From Candidatus Scalindua sp. (GTDB lineage Bacteria; Planctomycetota; Brocadiia; Brocadiales; Scalinduaceae): DNA of 32,000 nt. The position numbers were made by a program, and so were the translations under genes. Within the stretch, counting starts at the first letter, position 1. Each line of letters starts with the position of its first letter. The notes below the pieces were generated by a model. It did not search any database, was not told where the DNA came from, and saw only the letters and a program-made list of their open reading frames with translations. This document shows, one piece after another, positions 1 through 10,236 of the stretch. The stretch spans positions 870,001 through 902,000 of the forward strand of contig JALDRA010000001.1 of assembly GCA_031316235.1 (NCBI GenBank). The letters run 5' to 3'.

Positions 1-13
1 ACTGGCTGTTCCA

Positions 14-652
14 TTATGCCTGGTCACTTACGTTCCTGCCGTACCTCTCAAGATACATCAGCTTGTCGATACTTAATCTCGGCCTGGGGGAAGGATCCTC
101 ATCCGGAACACCAAGAGGTAAAAGTGCCATAACTTCGACAGTTTCAGGAATTTCGAGGATCTTTTTCACTCTGTTGTCGTCATACCATCGAACCCAACAA
201 GTTCCCAGACCTAATTCTACTGCTCTGAGAACAATATGTTCGACTGCGATAGATACATTTGTCGCCGCCGCTGCAACAAGATCCTCCTTTTTGACAGTAC
301 GCATGCCCTTCTCCAGATAAGGGATAAATTTCTCCCTCGTCCTTACCGGAAGTGCTCCTGATTCTATCAGTTCATCTACCCGGGCTGAAAATTCCTTAAA
401 AGCACTCAAATCCGCGCAACAAACAATTACGACAGGAGCCCTTCTGATGTATCTCTGGTTGTGTGCCGCCTCTTGCAATTCCTTTTTGGTTTCATCATCT
501 TTTACTATGACAAATCGCCATGGCTGTGTATTCGTTCCAGACGGGGCCAACCTGGCACTTTCAATTAATTCCCTGATTGTTTCATCCGGCACAGGATCAG
601 GTTTAAATCTTCTTATACTCCTACGTCTTTTTATGGCTTCACTTACGTCCAT
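14..652 (-). CDS. FMN-dependent nitroreductase family protein
   Basis: 212-aa ORF. N-terminal AIKRRRSIRRF and SGTNTQPWRFVIV motifs are typical of the NfnB/FRP-like nitroreductase fold. Confidence 0.85.
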   Translation of the reverse strand: MDVSEAIKRRRSIRRFKPDPVPDETIRELIESARLAPSGTNTQPWRFVIVKDDETKKELQEAAHNQRYIRRAPVVIVCCADLSAFKEFSARVDELIESGALPVRTREKFIPYLEKGMRTVKKEDLVAAAATNVSIAVEHIVLRAVELGLGTCWVRWYDDNRVKKILEIPETVEVMALLPLGVPDEDPSPRPRLSIDKLMYLERYGRNVSDQA

Positions 653-765
653 GATATCTCCCGCGTTAAAATCAGAACTTCTCCGTTACAGGCAATAATG
701 AGAAAGAAAAAAACAGTATTCCCTGGTTATTTGCAACTGGAAAATTACCAGCTATAAACATAAGG

Positions 766-793
766 TTGACTATTTTAGGGGATAAAATATAAT
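766..793 (+). promoter_or_regulatory. sigma70-type promoter candidate upstream of aroD-aroE
   Basis: TTGACT (766-771), 16-nt spacer, TATAAT (788-793), about 100 nt upstream of the ATG at 896. It lies in the divergent intergenic region. Confidence 0.45.
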
Positions 794-895
794 AATCAAT
801 AAATACTTACTCTTTTCCGTCAAAAGCAGAAAACAGACATAACCAGCCGCACGTAACGATTTAAACACACTGATTTACACGGTACCTGTACAGAG

Positions 896-2365
896 ATGAT
901 TTGTATCCCAATTACGGCCAGAAGCACAGAAGAAGTTATTCCTGAATTGGCAAAAGCCCAGAAACATGCCGATATAATAGAACTTCGCATCGATTTTTTT
1001 CAAGACATGCATGATGCAGAACTCTGTCTGGAGAAATTATCGAAGAAATGCCCCAAACCGGTAATTGTCACAAACAGACCGGAAAGAGAAGGGGGTGGCT
1101 TTACCGATAGTGAACCGGAGAGAATTAGGTTACTCCAGAAGGCTATAGATTTAAGATTCGAATATGTTGATGTTGAATATGATTCCATGAGACACATTGT
1201 CAGGCGGGGTTCCACTAAAATCATTGCATCCTACCATAATTTTCAGGAAACACCCCATGATATAAACAACATTTATGATAAAATCTCTCATTCGAAACCG
1301 GACATTGTAAAGATTGTCACATACGCTCAGGATATCACGGACAACATTAGAATTTTTGAACTGTTAAAGATCGCACACCTTCCTCTTATATCCTTCTGCA
1401 TGGGTGAAAACGGCCACATAAGCAGGATTCTTTCCAGGAAATTCGGAGGGTTTCTGACATTTGCATCACTCGGTAAAGGCAAGGAATCTGCCCCGGGACA
1501 GTTGACGGTTGAAGAGATCACCGGTATCTATCATTTTAAAAAGATAAACAGAGAAACAAAAGTATATGGCATCGTTGGAAACCCTGTTTCCCATAGTATG
1601 AGCCCGGCAATACACAACGCCTCATTCATTGAAAAAGGCCTCAATAGTGTTTATGTCCCTTTGAATGTCCTGGATATTGAATCCTTTGTAAGGGAATTCA
1701 AAAAAATCAATATCCAGGGATTCAGCATCACCATACCACACAAAGAGACCATCTTACCATTTCTGGATGATATAGATTGTACTGCCGAAAAAATCGGAGC
1801 AATCAATACTGTTGTGAACAAAAACGGTAGATTCAAGGGCTACAACACTGACAGCATGGCAGCAATACAAGGATTGGCAAACAGCATGAACAGCAACGAA
1901 AAACATCGTACTAAAGTTGCCCTTATCGGGGCAGGAGGAGCAGCAAGGGCAATAGCATATGGCCTTAAAAAAGAGGGCTATGACATAACCATTTATAACC
2001 GCACAAAAGAACGAGCTGCTAAATTATCACACGACATCGGGTGTAACTATAAGGGTTTTGAAGAAATTTGTCAAATCAATGCCAAAATCCTCATAAACTG
2101 CACATCTATCGGCATGTTTCCTGAAATTGAAGACTCACCTGTTCCTAAAGAGTCCTTAAAATCAGGAATGGTAGTCTTTGATGTCGTTTACAACCCGATA
2201 CAAACGAGACTCCTTCTTGATGCGGAGGAGAGAGGGTGCTATACCGTAACCGGTCTCACTATGTTCATAAACCAGGCTGCTGAACAATTCAGGCTCTGGA
2301 CAGGAATTGAACCACCAAGAGAATTAATGAAAAATGTCGTATTGAACAAATTATCCGTTCAATGA
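896..2365 (+). CDS. aroDE: bifunctional 3-dehydroquinate dehydratase (type I) / shikimate 5-dehydrogenase
   Basis: 489-aa ORF. The N-terminal half is AroD-like (ELRIDF, IASYHNF, DIVKIV). The C-terminal half is AroE-like (GIVGNPVSHSMSPAIHN, NTD, GAGGAARA Rossmann motif). Confidence 0.9.
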   Translation: MICIPITARSTEEVIPELAKAQKHADIIELRIDFFQDMHDAELCLEKLSKKCPKPVIVTNRPEREGGGFTDSEPERIRLLQKAIDLRFEYVDVEYDSMRHIVRRGSTKIIASYHNFQETPHDINNIYDKISHSKPDIVKIVTYAQDITDNIRIFELLKIAHLPLISFCMGENGHISRILSRKFGGFLTFASLGKGKESAPGQLTVEEITGIYHFKKINRETKVYGIVGNPVSHSMSPAIHNASFIEKGLNSVYVPLNVLDIESFVREFKKINIQGFSITIPHKETILPFLDDIDCTAEKIGAINTVVNKNGRFKGYNTDSMAAIQGLANSMNSNEKHRTKVALIGAGGAARAIAYGLKKEGYDITIYNRTKERAAKLSHDIGCNYKGFEEICQINAKILINCTSIGMFPEIEDSPVPKESLKSGMVVFDVVYNPIQTRLLLDAEERGCYTVTGLTMFINQAAEQFRLWTGIEPPRELMKNVVLNKLSVQ

Positions 2366-2446
2366 AAGTATTGCAATAAACACTCTGTAAATCCCATTTT
2401 TCGATGTAAAACAGAATAAATTTACGGCCGCAGGAAGTTGATGTAT

Positions 2447-3001
2447 ATGAATATAGTCTTAATTGGTTTTCGAGGTACTGGCAAAAGCACCATAGGCAAA
2501 CTCCTGGCCAGCCACCTGAAAATGGATTTCATTGATACGGACGAATATATTACGAACTCTACGGGAAAAACGATTAAGGAAATTTTTCTGGAAAGGGGTG
2601 AAGAGGGATTTCGCACTATTGAGGCAGCAGCTGTCGCTATAGTAAGCAGAATGGACAATCAGATTATAGCCGCTGGTGGTGGAGTAATCCTGAACAATAA
2701 AAATGTCGTAAACCTCAAGAGCAACGGGACACTCATACTTCTCAACGCCACTCCCGAAGTTATCCACAATCGTCTTTCACTTGACAAGAAGACGGCAGAT
2801 CAACGGCCTTCTTTAACCGGCAAAGAAGCCTTTGAAGAAATCAGACATCTCATACAAAAAAGAGCGCCGCTATACGATAACGCTGCAGACCATGCCATAA
2901 ACACATCGCATAAATCGAAAGAAGATATCGTTCTTGAGATAGTCATGTTCATGGAGGGTTTACACGGGGATGAGAAGGATGAAGAACCGCATGGGAATTA
3001 A
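2447..3001 (+). CDS. aroK: shikimate kinase
   Basis: MNIVLIGFRGTGKST Walker A at the N-terminus and shikimate-kinase-like body. AGGAAG sits 9 nt upstream of the ATG at 2447. The track start at 2438 (TTG) or the ATG at 2441 are alternatives. Confidence 0.9.
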   Translation: MNIVLIGFRGTGKSTIGKLLASHLKMDFIDTDEYITNSTGKTIKEIFLERGEEGFRTIEAAAVAIVSRMDNQIIAAGGGVILNNKNVVNLKSNGTLILLNATPEVIHNRLSLDKKTADQRPSLTGKEAFEEIRHLIQKRAPLYDNAADHAINTSHKSKEDIVLEIVMFMEGLHGDEKDEEPHGN

Positions 3002-3038
3002 GCCTGTTTGTTGAGACAAACACGGAAATATCTTTCTC

Positions 3039-4121
3039 TTACTTGGTCTTCTCCTGCAGATAATCAACAAACTCCTGATCAATGGGATATCCCAATTCCT
3101 TCGCCCTGTTAACATGTTTCAAAGCAAGGTCAAATTGTTTGGTTTCGTTATACGTCTCAGCCAGACGATACTGTATTTCCGGGTCCATGTTGTTTATGGA
3201 TAGAGCCCTGTTAAATTCTAAAATCGCCTTGTCGTATCTCTGTTTGCGATAATATACTTCACCGAGATGGAAATGCAGGTATGCATTCTCCGGATTCTCC
3301 ATTGATGCCTTTTTGTACAGCATCAGTGCTTCGTCTATTTGATCAAAGTCCATATATAACATCCCAAGATCGAGATTGGCATCAATGTGTGCCGGATCTA
3401 CTTCTATTACTTTTTCATATTGAGACATAGCTTCTTCAAACATCTCCTTATCCACATATGTCTTCCCAAGATTGAAATTTGCATCCAGATTGTCCGGGTC
3501 AACCTTAAGTACCTCCTGGAATTCTCTGACCGCTTCATCAAGCATACCGTCATTATAATATTCAATCCCTCTTGCCAGGTGATCACTTCCTAAAGATTCC
3601 TGAACTGTTTCTTCCGATTCTGACAAATCTGCCTCATCACTTTTCTGTCCCGCTTCAACCGATTCTTCATCTTTGCCTTCCTCGTTTAACGTTTCTCTAT
3701 CTGGAATGACAACAAACTCTCCCTGTTTCTTCAACAACTCATTATAGCGTGCAAACTCGTTCTTTGCCAACTGCATCTCCCCCTCTTCCCGATACGCAAA
3801 TCCCAGGTTATAATGAGCATATGCAAGATCAGGATTGATCGCTATTGCCTGTTTACAAACGGTAATAGCTGTTTTGTATAACCCTGTCCAGTTATATACA
3901 TGTGCAAGTGCAACGTAAACCTCTGCCACCATTTTTTTGTTTTTTTCTTCTTTAAACAGAGGGAGAGCCTTTTTAAATTCATCGAGCGCCCTCTCAACAA
4001 TACCTGTTTCGAGATACCCCAAACCTCTCTGATAATGGTCTTCTGACTCTTTACAAATGCAGATATCAGATAAAAAAAACGTAAAAAACAAAAGAAGCCC
4101 TGCTATTCCGGGGGTTTTCAT
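3039..4121 (-). CDS. secreted TPR-repeat protein with acidic central linker
   Basis: 360-aa ORF with an N-terminal hydrophobic signal-like segment. Multiple TPR-like units (AxxxYxxG..Y..A). AGGGAGAAAG Shine-Dalgarno upstream. Confidence 0.8.
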   Translation of the reverse strand: MKTPGIAGLLLFFTFFLSDICICKESEDHYQRGLGYLETGIVERALDEFKKALPLFKEEKNKKMVAEVYVALAHVYNWTGLYKTAITVCKQAIAINPDLAYAHYNLGFAYREEGEMQLAKNEFARYNELLKKQGEFVVIPDRETLNEEGKDEESVEAGQKSDEADLSESEETVQESLGSDHLARGIEYYNDGMLDEAVREFQEVLKVDPDNLDANFNLGKTYVDKEMFEEAMSQYEKVIEVDPAHIDANLDLGMLYMDFDQIDEALMLYKKASMENPENAYLHFHLGEVYYRKQRYDKAILEFNRALSINNMDPEIQYRLAETYNETKQFDLALKHVNRAKELGYPIDQEFVDYLQEKTK

Positions 4122-4287
4122 AAACTAACTTTCTCCCTTTACTAACGTAAGAAAATTACAGCCCAATGGGTTAAAAAGCGGTGGTTTATTGTACTGTTTT
4201 CACTCAAAATCCAAGATACAAAAGATAGAAACCGGTCACTCGTTTTGCGCTTCGCTATAAACATAAAAACCAGACGAGGAATTCCAT

Positions 4288-6021
4288 CTATATCTTTTTG
4301 ATCCTCTCGTTCAATGCCTTTATCAGATCATCAATTTGAACAGGGTGTATCTTTGTAGCCTGTTCAACGGTAAACATCTTTGCTATCGTCCTCCTTGCGA
4401 CAGGATTACTTAACTGTTTAAATCCAAACTTCAGAAACACATCCAGGGTTTCAGGATACTGATCAACAACATCAAATATTTTTGTCTCCTTGGTAATTTC
4501 GTTTATGCTTTTCCCGGGTTTTTTTTCCTCCTCTTCCTCTGCATTCATCGTCCGCCACACATTATATCCAAACATACCGATTGCCACGAGCTCAATCCAG
4601 CCGGAAATACCAATGACAGAGTAATAGAAATCGCCCGAGAATCCAATCATCACCTGAGTCGAAACTCTTAAAAAGCAACCCAGGTTCAAGAGAACAAAAC
4701 TCAGATTAGAAAGCCAGAGACTGGACATATTTATGCCCTTAAACGTTGGAATCATCTTTGATGCGTATCCCACAATCATCATAGTAACAAACCCTACGGT
4801 AAGTGCATGGTTCGCAGCACCATGAAACAGGTACCGTTGTTCGGAAAACGGCCCGAAAAAGGTCTTGGCTCCAAGGATGAGAACCCCAATAATCAGCCAG
4901 ACATAAGCAGCCCTGATTGTTTTTGCATAACTTCTATCCATTACAACGTCATCAAGCTCCCTCGTCGATTTTTCAAATACCCTGATACCATAGACAAAAA
5001 CCAAAACAGACAGAGCCACCATATATATGGTAAGATTTGAAATCATCAGTAAAGAGGGGAATCGGTAGGTCAGGGAGTTAGCGACAAAATAAACAGGTAT
5101 GGTTATATTTAAAAGCCAGAACGTAATATTTACGGCTGAAACCCTGACCGTCTTTACATCAAGGAAGGCATAAACAGTCCTGATATTTACCGCAAATATG
5201 AACATGAACACAAAACCAAGCAAAAAAACGTGAACAAAAGGGCTGTAAATAGCCCCTGGTATCTCATGAGTATTTGTAAAAAAGAGATAGACATCCATGA
5301 AGAAATTCATGAAACCGCAGATCAGGAACCATATTACACCTGCCACAATAAATTTGTCATAGGCCTCTCTCTTCTCATTGCTTGCAAACACGGTACTGAA
5401 TATTATGAAAGCGAATGTGATGATTGCGGCACATTCTAATAACCCGGAAACCGGCAGAATAACGTTTATGGTTTCATTAGAAAAGGGTTGGGAAAATATT
5501 CTTAAAATGTTTCCGATTACCATTAACCAGAAACTCGTCGCGGTCAATTCACTATAGCGCAGTTCAACATTTTTCACCCGTGGAACAATATAATAGGCAA
5601 AGCCGATAATACAAAGTCCTACCCACCCAAACAGCTGTGCATGGCCATGTACCTGAATAATCGAGTGAAAGTCAGTCTTAAAATCCCTTTTGAAACCAAT
5701 ATGTGATAAAATAGCCGCTCCAAAGGTAACACCCATAGTCAAGGTAATCAGGATGGCAGTCTTTACAAATCTTTCATAAACCTTATCTTCCTTTAACTCT
5801 ACCTCCTCAACACTCTCATCTACCCCTTTTTCAATTGCCTCTTTCAATTCTCTGACTATTTCATCATAATCAACCTCATGTGCCTTGGAAAAAAAGGCTA
5901 ATGGCTCATTCGGTCCTCTCACACCCCCGGCAACAACCAGATTATATTTCCTAAAGACGGCCAGTGTCTCAGGATGTTTCTTAACAATGTCCTTAATTAT
6001 CGTATTTCTATTTATTTCCAT
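4288..6021 (-). CDS. polytopic membrane protein, NnrS-like core flanked by N- and C-terminal DUF1858 (ScdA_N-like) domains
   Basis: 577-aa ORF. Termini resemble DUF1858 (KKHPETLAVFRKYNL.. and DQYPETLDVFLKFGF..). The core has about 10-12 predicted TM helices with HGHAQLFGW and NHALTVGF motifs reminiscent of NnrS. Family assignment is from memory. Confidence 0.6.
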   Translation of the reverse strand: MEINRNTIIKDIVKKHPETLAVFRKYNLVVAGGVRGPNEPLAFFSKAHEVDYDEIVRELKEAIEKGVDESVEEVELKEDKVYERFVKTAILITLTMGVTFGAAILSHIGFKRDFKTDFHSIIQVHGHAQLFGWVGLCIIGFAYYIVPRVKNVELRYSELTATSFWLMVIGNILRIFSQPFSNETINVILPVSGLLECAAIITFAFIIFSTVFASNEKREAYDKFIVAGVIWFLICGFMNFFMDVYLFFTNTHEIPGAIYSPFVHVFLLGFVFMFIFAVNIRTVYAFLDVKTVRVSAVNITFWLLNITIPVYFVANSLTYRFPSLLMISNLTIYMVALSVLVFVYGIRVFEKSTRELDDVVMDRSYAKTIRAAYVWLIIGVLILGAKTFFGPFSEQRYLFHGAANHALTVGFVTMMIVGYASKMIPTFKGINMSSLWLSNLSFVLLNLGCFLRVSTQVMIGFSGDFYYSVIGISGWIELVAIGMFGYNVWRTMNAEEEEEKKPGKSINEITKETKIFDVVDQYPETLDVFLKFGFKQLSNPVARRTIAKMFTVEQATKIHPVQIDDLIKALNERIKKI

Positions 6022-6042
6022 GATACTTTTAAATTTGTATAC

Positions 6043-7125
6043 CTAGAGAAAGCTATCAAGCCCTTTTTCCTTTAAAAGGCCAAGCAACTTTTTAATATCC
6101 TCTGCACTGTTTTTATCACAAACGAGAGTTGCATCTTTCGTATTTACGACAATCAGATCAGATACATTTACCGTTGCTATTAAACGTTCCTGATCCCCAA
6201 CAATGATATTTCCCGTAGAATCAAGACCACAATATTTCCCCAGAACCGTATTATTCTGTTGGTCAGCGGTATTTAAACGCTCTACCGCAAGCCAGGAGCC
6301 GACATCATCCCATGTAAATTCAGCCTCAATAACCTTGACGTTTGAGATCTTTTCCATAACCCCATAATCTATTGATACATTCTCAAATCTCTCATATTCA
6401 TCACGAATTACCGTTGCCTCTTCAGAAGAATCCAATGCCGCTCCAATCCTTCCCAGGCCTGATGCTAATGTTGGCATATATTTCTCTATTCCTTCCAATA
6501 TAGTACTAACTGACCAGACAAAAATACCGCTATTCCAATAATATTTTCCACTCTGCAAAAATTTCTCAGCGGTAGCCCGATCCGGTTTCTCCATAAAGGC
6601 ATTTACATCAAAAACCGAAAAACCATCAATACTCTCCCCATATTGGCCCCTCTTAATATAACCGTAATTCACAGAGGGATTATCCGGCTTAATCCCAAAG
6701 GTAACAAGGACGTCTGTTTTCATCGCAATCTTTCCCGCACATCGTAACCCTCTTAAAAAAACATCTGCAGGTTCAATTATGTGATCAGCCGTCATCACCG
6801 CCATAATGGCATCAGCATCTCTTTTACGTATTATTGTCGCCGCAAGACCAATACAAGCTGCGGTATTACGGCCAAACGGTTCAGAAATAATGTTCCGTTC
6901 CGGCAGGGCCGAGAGTTCTCTCTTTATACAATCTGCCTGAGAAGAAGCCGTTACAACATAAATATTTTCTAAAGGGATCTCTGATACAACTCGATCAACA
7001 GTCTGCCTGATCATGGTATCTTTTCCCGTAAGTTTCAAGAGTTGCTTCGGTGTTTTTTGCCTGCTCCAAGGCCAAAACCTCGTACCGGAACCTCCAGCCA
7101 TAATCACCGCATAACTCATTACCAA
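6043..7125 (-). CDS. manC: mannose-1-phosphate guanylyltransferase (short, NTP-transferase-only type)
   Basis: 360-aa ORF. AVIMAGGSGTRFWPWSR nucleotidyltransferase signature and a ManC/CpsB-like body without a C-terminal cupin/PMI domain. Confidence 0.8.
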   Translation of the reverse strand: MVMSYAVIMAGGSGTRFWPWSRQKTPKQLLKLTGKDTMIRQTVDRVVSEIPLENIYVVTASSQADCIKRELSALPERNIISEPFGRNTAACIGLAATIIRKRDADAIMAVMTADHIIEPADVFLRGLRCAGKIAMKTDVLVTFGIKPDNPSVNYGYIKRGQYGESIDGFSVFDVNAFMEKPDRATAEKFLQSGKYYWNSGIFVWSVSTILEGIEKYMPTLASGLGRIGAALDSSEEATVIRDEYERFENVSIDYGVMEKISNVKVIEAEFTWDDVGSWLAVERLNTADQQNNTVLGKYCGLDSTGNIIVGDQERLIATVNVSDLIVVNTKDATLVCDKNSAEDIKKLLGLLKEKGLDSFL

Positions 7126-7238
7126 CCCCTTTGAAAAATCGGAAAATATATCCCCTCTACCGTACCATCAAGCAGGGAACCGCTCAAGCATGCTCCCTAT
7201 CCGGCATCAAGTCCTATCGTCACCAACATTGACTGGAC

Positions 7239-7982
7239 TCAGTTACGATAGTGATAAGACAGTATCGATGAAACAGCAATTGCGGCTGTTTCCACCCGAA
7301 GAATCTGTTTTCCCAGATTAACAAACTGACAACCTGCATCCCTTGCCAAATGCATCTCTCTTGTAGTAAATCCTCCCTCGGGGCCAATAAAGCCTATTAT
7401 ACTATGTATTTTTTGATGCTCTTGCAATACATTTTTAAAATTATTTGTTTCAGACTGGGAACATGCAACAAGAGAAAGATCATAATCTCCCACTCTTTTC
7501 AGAACAGTATCAAATTCTGAAACAGCCGTAATCTCTGTAATTATATTCCGGCCAGACTGTTTTGACGCTTCAATAACTACCCTCTTCCACTTTTCAATCT
7601 TGTCCGAAGCTCCAGCCTTAATCCTCACCACACTACGTTCAAAATGTGTGGGTATCAACCTTTGAACACCCAATTCTGTACATTTCTGGACAAGAAATTG
7701 AGAATATCTCCCTTTGGGAATTGCAAATGCAATATCAATCGCTACGTCCCCCTCCCTGCTGATGGCCTTGATCCTGCCTATTTCCACTTTAGCCCTTCCA
7801 CTTTTTACTTCAACAATCCTGGCATCACATTCATCACCCAGGCCGTTAAACAAAACAATCATATCACCAACACTCACTCTTTTCACATGGAGTAAATGGT
7901 GCGTTTCTGAATAATCAAGCCACAAATCTTGTAAACCATGATGAAATGGGGCATAAAAACGATTTACACTCAACTTTTCCAC
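7239..7982 (-). CDS. rsmE: 16S rRNA (uracil1498-N3)-methyltransferase
   Basis: 247-aa ORF. PUA-like N-terminus (HHLLHVKRVSVGD) and C-terminal GPEGGFT SPOUT motif. Confidence 0.85.
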   Translation of the reverse strand: MEKLSVNRFYAPFHHGLQDLWLDYSETHHLLHVKRVSVGDMIVLFNGLGDECDARIVEVKSGRAKVEIGRIKAISREGDVAIDIAFAIPKGRYSQFLVQKCTELGVQRLIPTHFERSVVRIKAGASDKIEKWKRVVIEASKQSGRNIITEITAVSEFDTVLKRVGDYDLSLVACSQSETNNFKNVLQEHQKIHSIIGFIGPEGGFTTREMHLARDAGCQFVNLGKQILRVETAAIAVSSILSYHYRN

Positions 7983-8200
7983 CTAAAAAAGAGAGAAAGA
8001 AATTCAGCTATGGTTTGATTTGTTCGAAGAACTTCGGGAAGGGAGGGACGTATTCATGCAGAAAAAGCCTCAATTATCCTGAGCTGACTGCCAGATCTAC
8101 TGAGGACTCAGAAACAGGTAGCCTGATATTTTTCACCGTGCCCGCCATATTACCTGTCACCTGACAGTAAAACATTACGACAACCGGTACGAAAAAACGG

Positions 8201-9874
8201 CTATGCCATCCCTCCGATCATCTGATGGACAGCACCACCAGCAGGAATCATTGGAAATACATTTTCTTCAGGTGAGACCCTGAAATCAATTACAACAGGC
8301 CCTCCGACAGAAATAGCTTTCTCAATGACAGGCCTGACATCCTCTTTTCTTTCAACCAGAAAACCAGTAGCACCATACCCCTCTGCCACCTTTACAAAAT
8401 CAGGGCTACCTACAAGGCGAGTCTGAGAATATCTCTTATTATAAAACAGCTCTTGCCACTGCCGGACCATGCCAAGAAAACCATTATTCAGAATTGCAAC
8501 AATCACGGACAGATTGTAATTTACTGCAGTACTTAGTTCCTGAATATTCATTTGAAAACTACCATCACCAGCAATGTCAATGACGATCTTATCAGGGCAG
8601 CCCAGCTTGGCTCCCAAAGAGGCCGGAAAACCAAACCCCATTGTACCCAGACCCCCTGATGAGAGAAAACTCCTTGGCTTTGTATAGGTGTAAAACTGTG
8701 CCGCCCACATCTGATGCTGCCCGACTTCAGTAGTAATTATAGCCTTATCCTTGGTCACCTCACAAATCTGTTCAACTACATACTGAGGTTTTATCTCGTT
8801 CGAGCTGTTTTGGTATGATAGCGGATATTTCTTCTTCCACTCCAGGATGCTTTCAAACCACTCTTTTCGTTCAACGTAGTTTACATATTTAATTAATTCT
8901 ACCAATATTCTTTTCGCATCGCCAACAACCGGTATATCAACCTTTATATTTTTACTGATAGATGTCGGATCAATATCTATATGTATGACTACCGCATTCG
9001 GAGCAAAAGTCTCCACTTTTCCGGTAATTCTATCATCGAATCTTGCACCCACAGCGATGAGCAAATCAGATTCATGAACAGCATAATTGGCATAGGCAGT
9101 CCCATGCATCCCGAGCATACCCAACGAAAGGTCGTCATCTTCAGGAAAAGCACCCATTGCAAGCAATGTGGTGCTGACCGGCAGATTTGCCTTTCTTGCC
9201 AACTCAATGAGCTGTTCTGAACTATTCGAGCTTATTACGCCTCCTCCTGCATAAACCACAGGCCTTTTAGCCCTGTTTATTGCTTCGGCTGCTATCTTTA
9301 TCTGACGCAGGTTGCCTTCATAAACCGGCTTATACCCTCGAAGATTCACCTTTTCAGGTATCTCTCCATCCCATGTATCCGTTGTCACATCCACGGGTAA
9401 ATCAATCACCACAGCACCCGGTCTTCCCGTGGAGGCAATGTAAAAAGCCTCCTTAACAATCCTGCCCAAATCTCTAATATCCTTAACCAGATAGTTATGC
9501 TTTGAAATCGAGCGCGTAATGCCCGTAACATCAGCTTCCTGAAATGCATCATTACCTATCAATTGTGTCTTGACCTGTCCGGTAATAGCCACCATGGGTA
9601 CAGAGTCCATGTTTGCAGTAGCTATTGCGGTTGTTAAATTTGTTGCACCCGGACCCGAGGTAACAATGCACACCCCCACCTTGCCGGTAGCACGAGCATA
9701 ACCATCCGCTGCATGACCGGCACCCTGCTCATGGCGCGTCAAAATGAATTTAATATCAGAATCCATCAAGTGATCAAAAAGAGGTATTACTGCTCCACCC
9801 GGCAGACCGAAAACGTATTCAACCTTCTCCTCTTTTAATGCATCTATGAGAATTTGAGATCCTGTTCTGGGCAT
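8201..9874 (-). CDS. ilvB: acetolactate synthase (acetohydroxyacid synthase) large subunit
   Basis: 557-aa ThDP enzyme. Motifs [28 protein letters not shown] and [15 protein letters not shown].. GDGSFQMN. No ilvN-sized ORF lies downstream. Confidence 0.9.
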   Translation of the reverse strand: MPRTGSQILIDALKEEKVEYVFGLPGGAVIPLFDHLMDSDIKFILTRHEQGAGHAADGYARATGKVGVCIVTSGPGATNLTTAIATANMDSVPMVAITGQVKTQLIGNDAFQEADVTGITRSISKHNYLVKDIRDLGRIVKEAFYIASTGRPGAVVIDLPVDVTTDTWDGEIPEKVNLRGYKPVYEGNLRQIKIAAEAINRAKRPVVYAGGGVISSNSSEQLIELARKANLPVSTTLLAMGAFPEDDDLSLGMLGMHGTAYANYAVHESDLLIAVGARFDDRITGKVETFAPNAVVIHIDIDPTSISKNIKVDIPVVGDAKRILVELIKYVNYVERKEWFESILEWKKKYPLSYQNSSNEIKPQYVVEQICEVTKDKAIITTEVGQHQMWAAQFYTYTKPRSFLSSGGLGTMGFGFPASLGAKLGCPDKIVIDIAGDGSFQMNIQELSTAVNYNLSVIVAILNNGFLGMVRQWQELFYNKRYSQTRLVGSPDFVKVAEGYGATGFLVERKEDVRPVIEKAISVGGPVVIDFRVSPEENVFPMIPAGGAVHQMIGGMA

Positions 9875-10236
9875 TTTTTTACTTACTATGATAAAAATTA
9901 TAAAAAAACAATGGCTCCATCACCTTAATAATGCAGAATTCGTAGATAAGCCAATTTCCTCAACTGTTATTTGAATTGATTTATTGTCTTATGACAATGC
10001 TGGATAATCAAAAACAGCTATTGATGATAAGAGGTTTTTTAAAACGTAATGAAAATATATCAGGTCAGAAGCAAACAGATTTGTAATCAGCAATTTATAA
10101 GGGAAATTTTAAAAACCGCGTGCCGCAGTCACAGGTAGGAAGGTTTTCATTTAATAACCCTGGCCTAACCATAATAAATAAGAAATTTATACCTTTCCGG
10201 GTCTGGCCAGTAAAGGTTGGGAGAGTAAAAAACTCA

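Noticed and set aside
727-744. ttatttgcaactggaaaa, matching ttatttcgcaactggaaaa at 16179-16197 just left of repeat copy A
   Set aside because: This is 18 of 19 nt with one indel, which is borderline versus chance in an all-versus-all comparison. It is not found next to the other repeat copies, so it is not treated as part of the element.
3002-3038. Possible bidirectional terminator TGTTTG-ttgaga-CAAACA between convergent aroK and the TPR gene
   Set aside because: It is a 6-bp AT-rich stem with no U-tract on either strand, which is too weak to call.
7983-8200. Expected ilvN (acetolactate synthase small subunit) downstream of ilvB, and the near-palindrome CTGTCAcCTGACAG at about 8153-8166
   Set aside because: No ORF of suitable size or frame exists in the 218-nt gap, so ilvN is simply not adjacent here. 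The palindrome is short, has no T-tract, and is within chance expectation.
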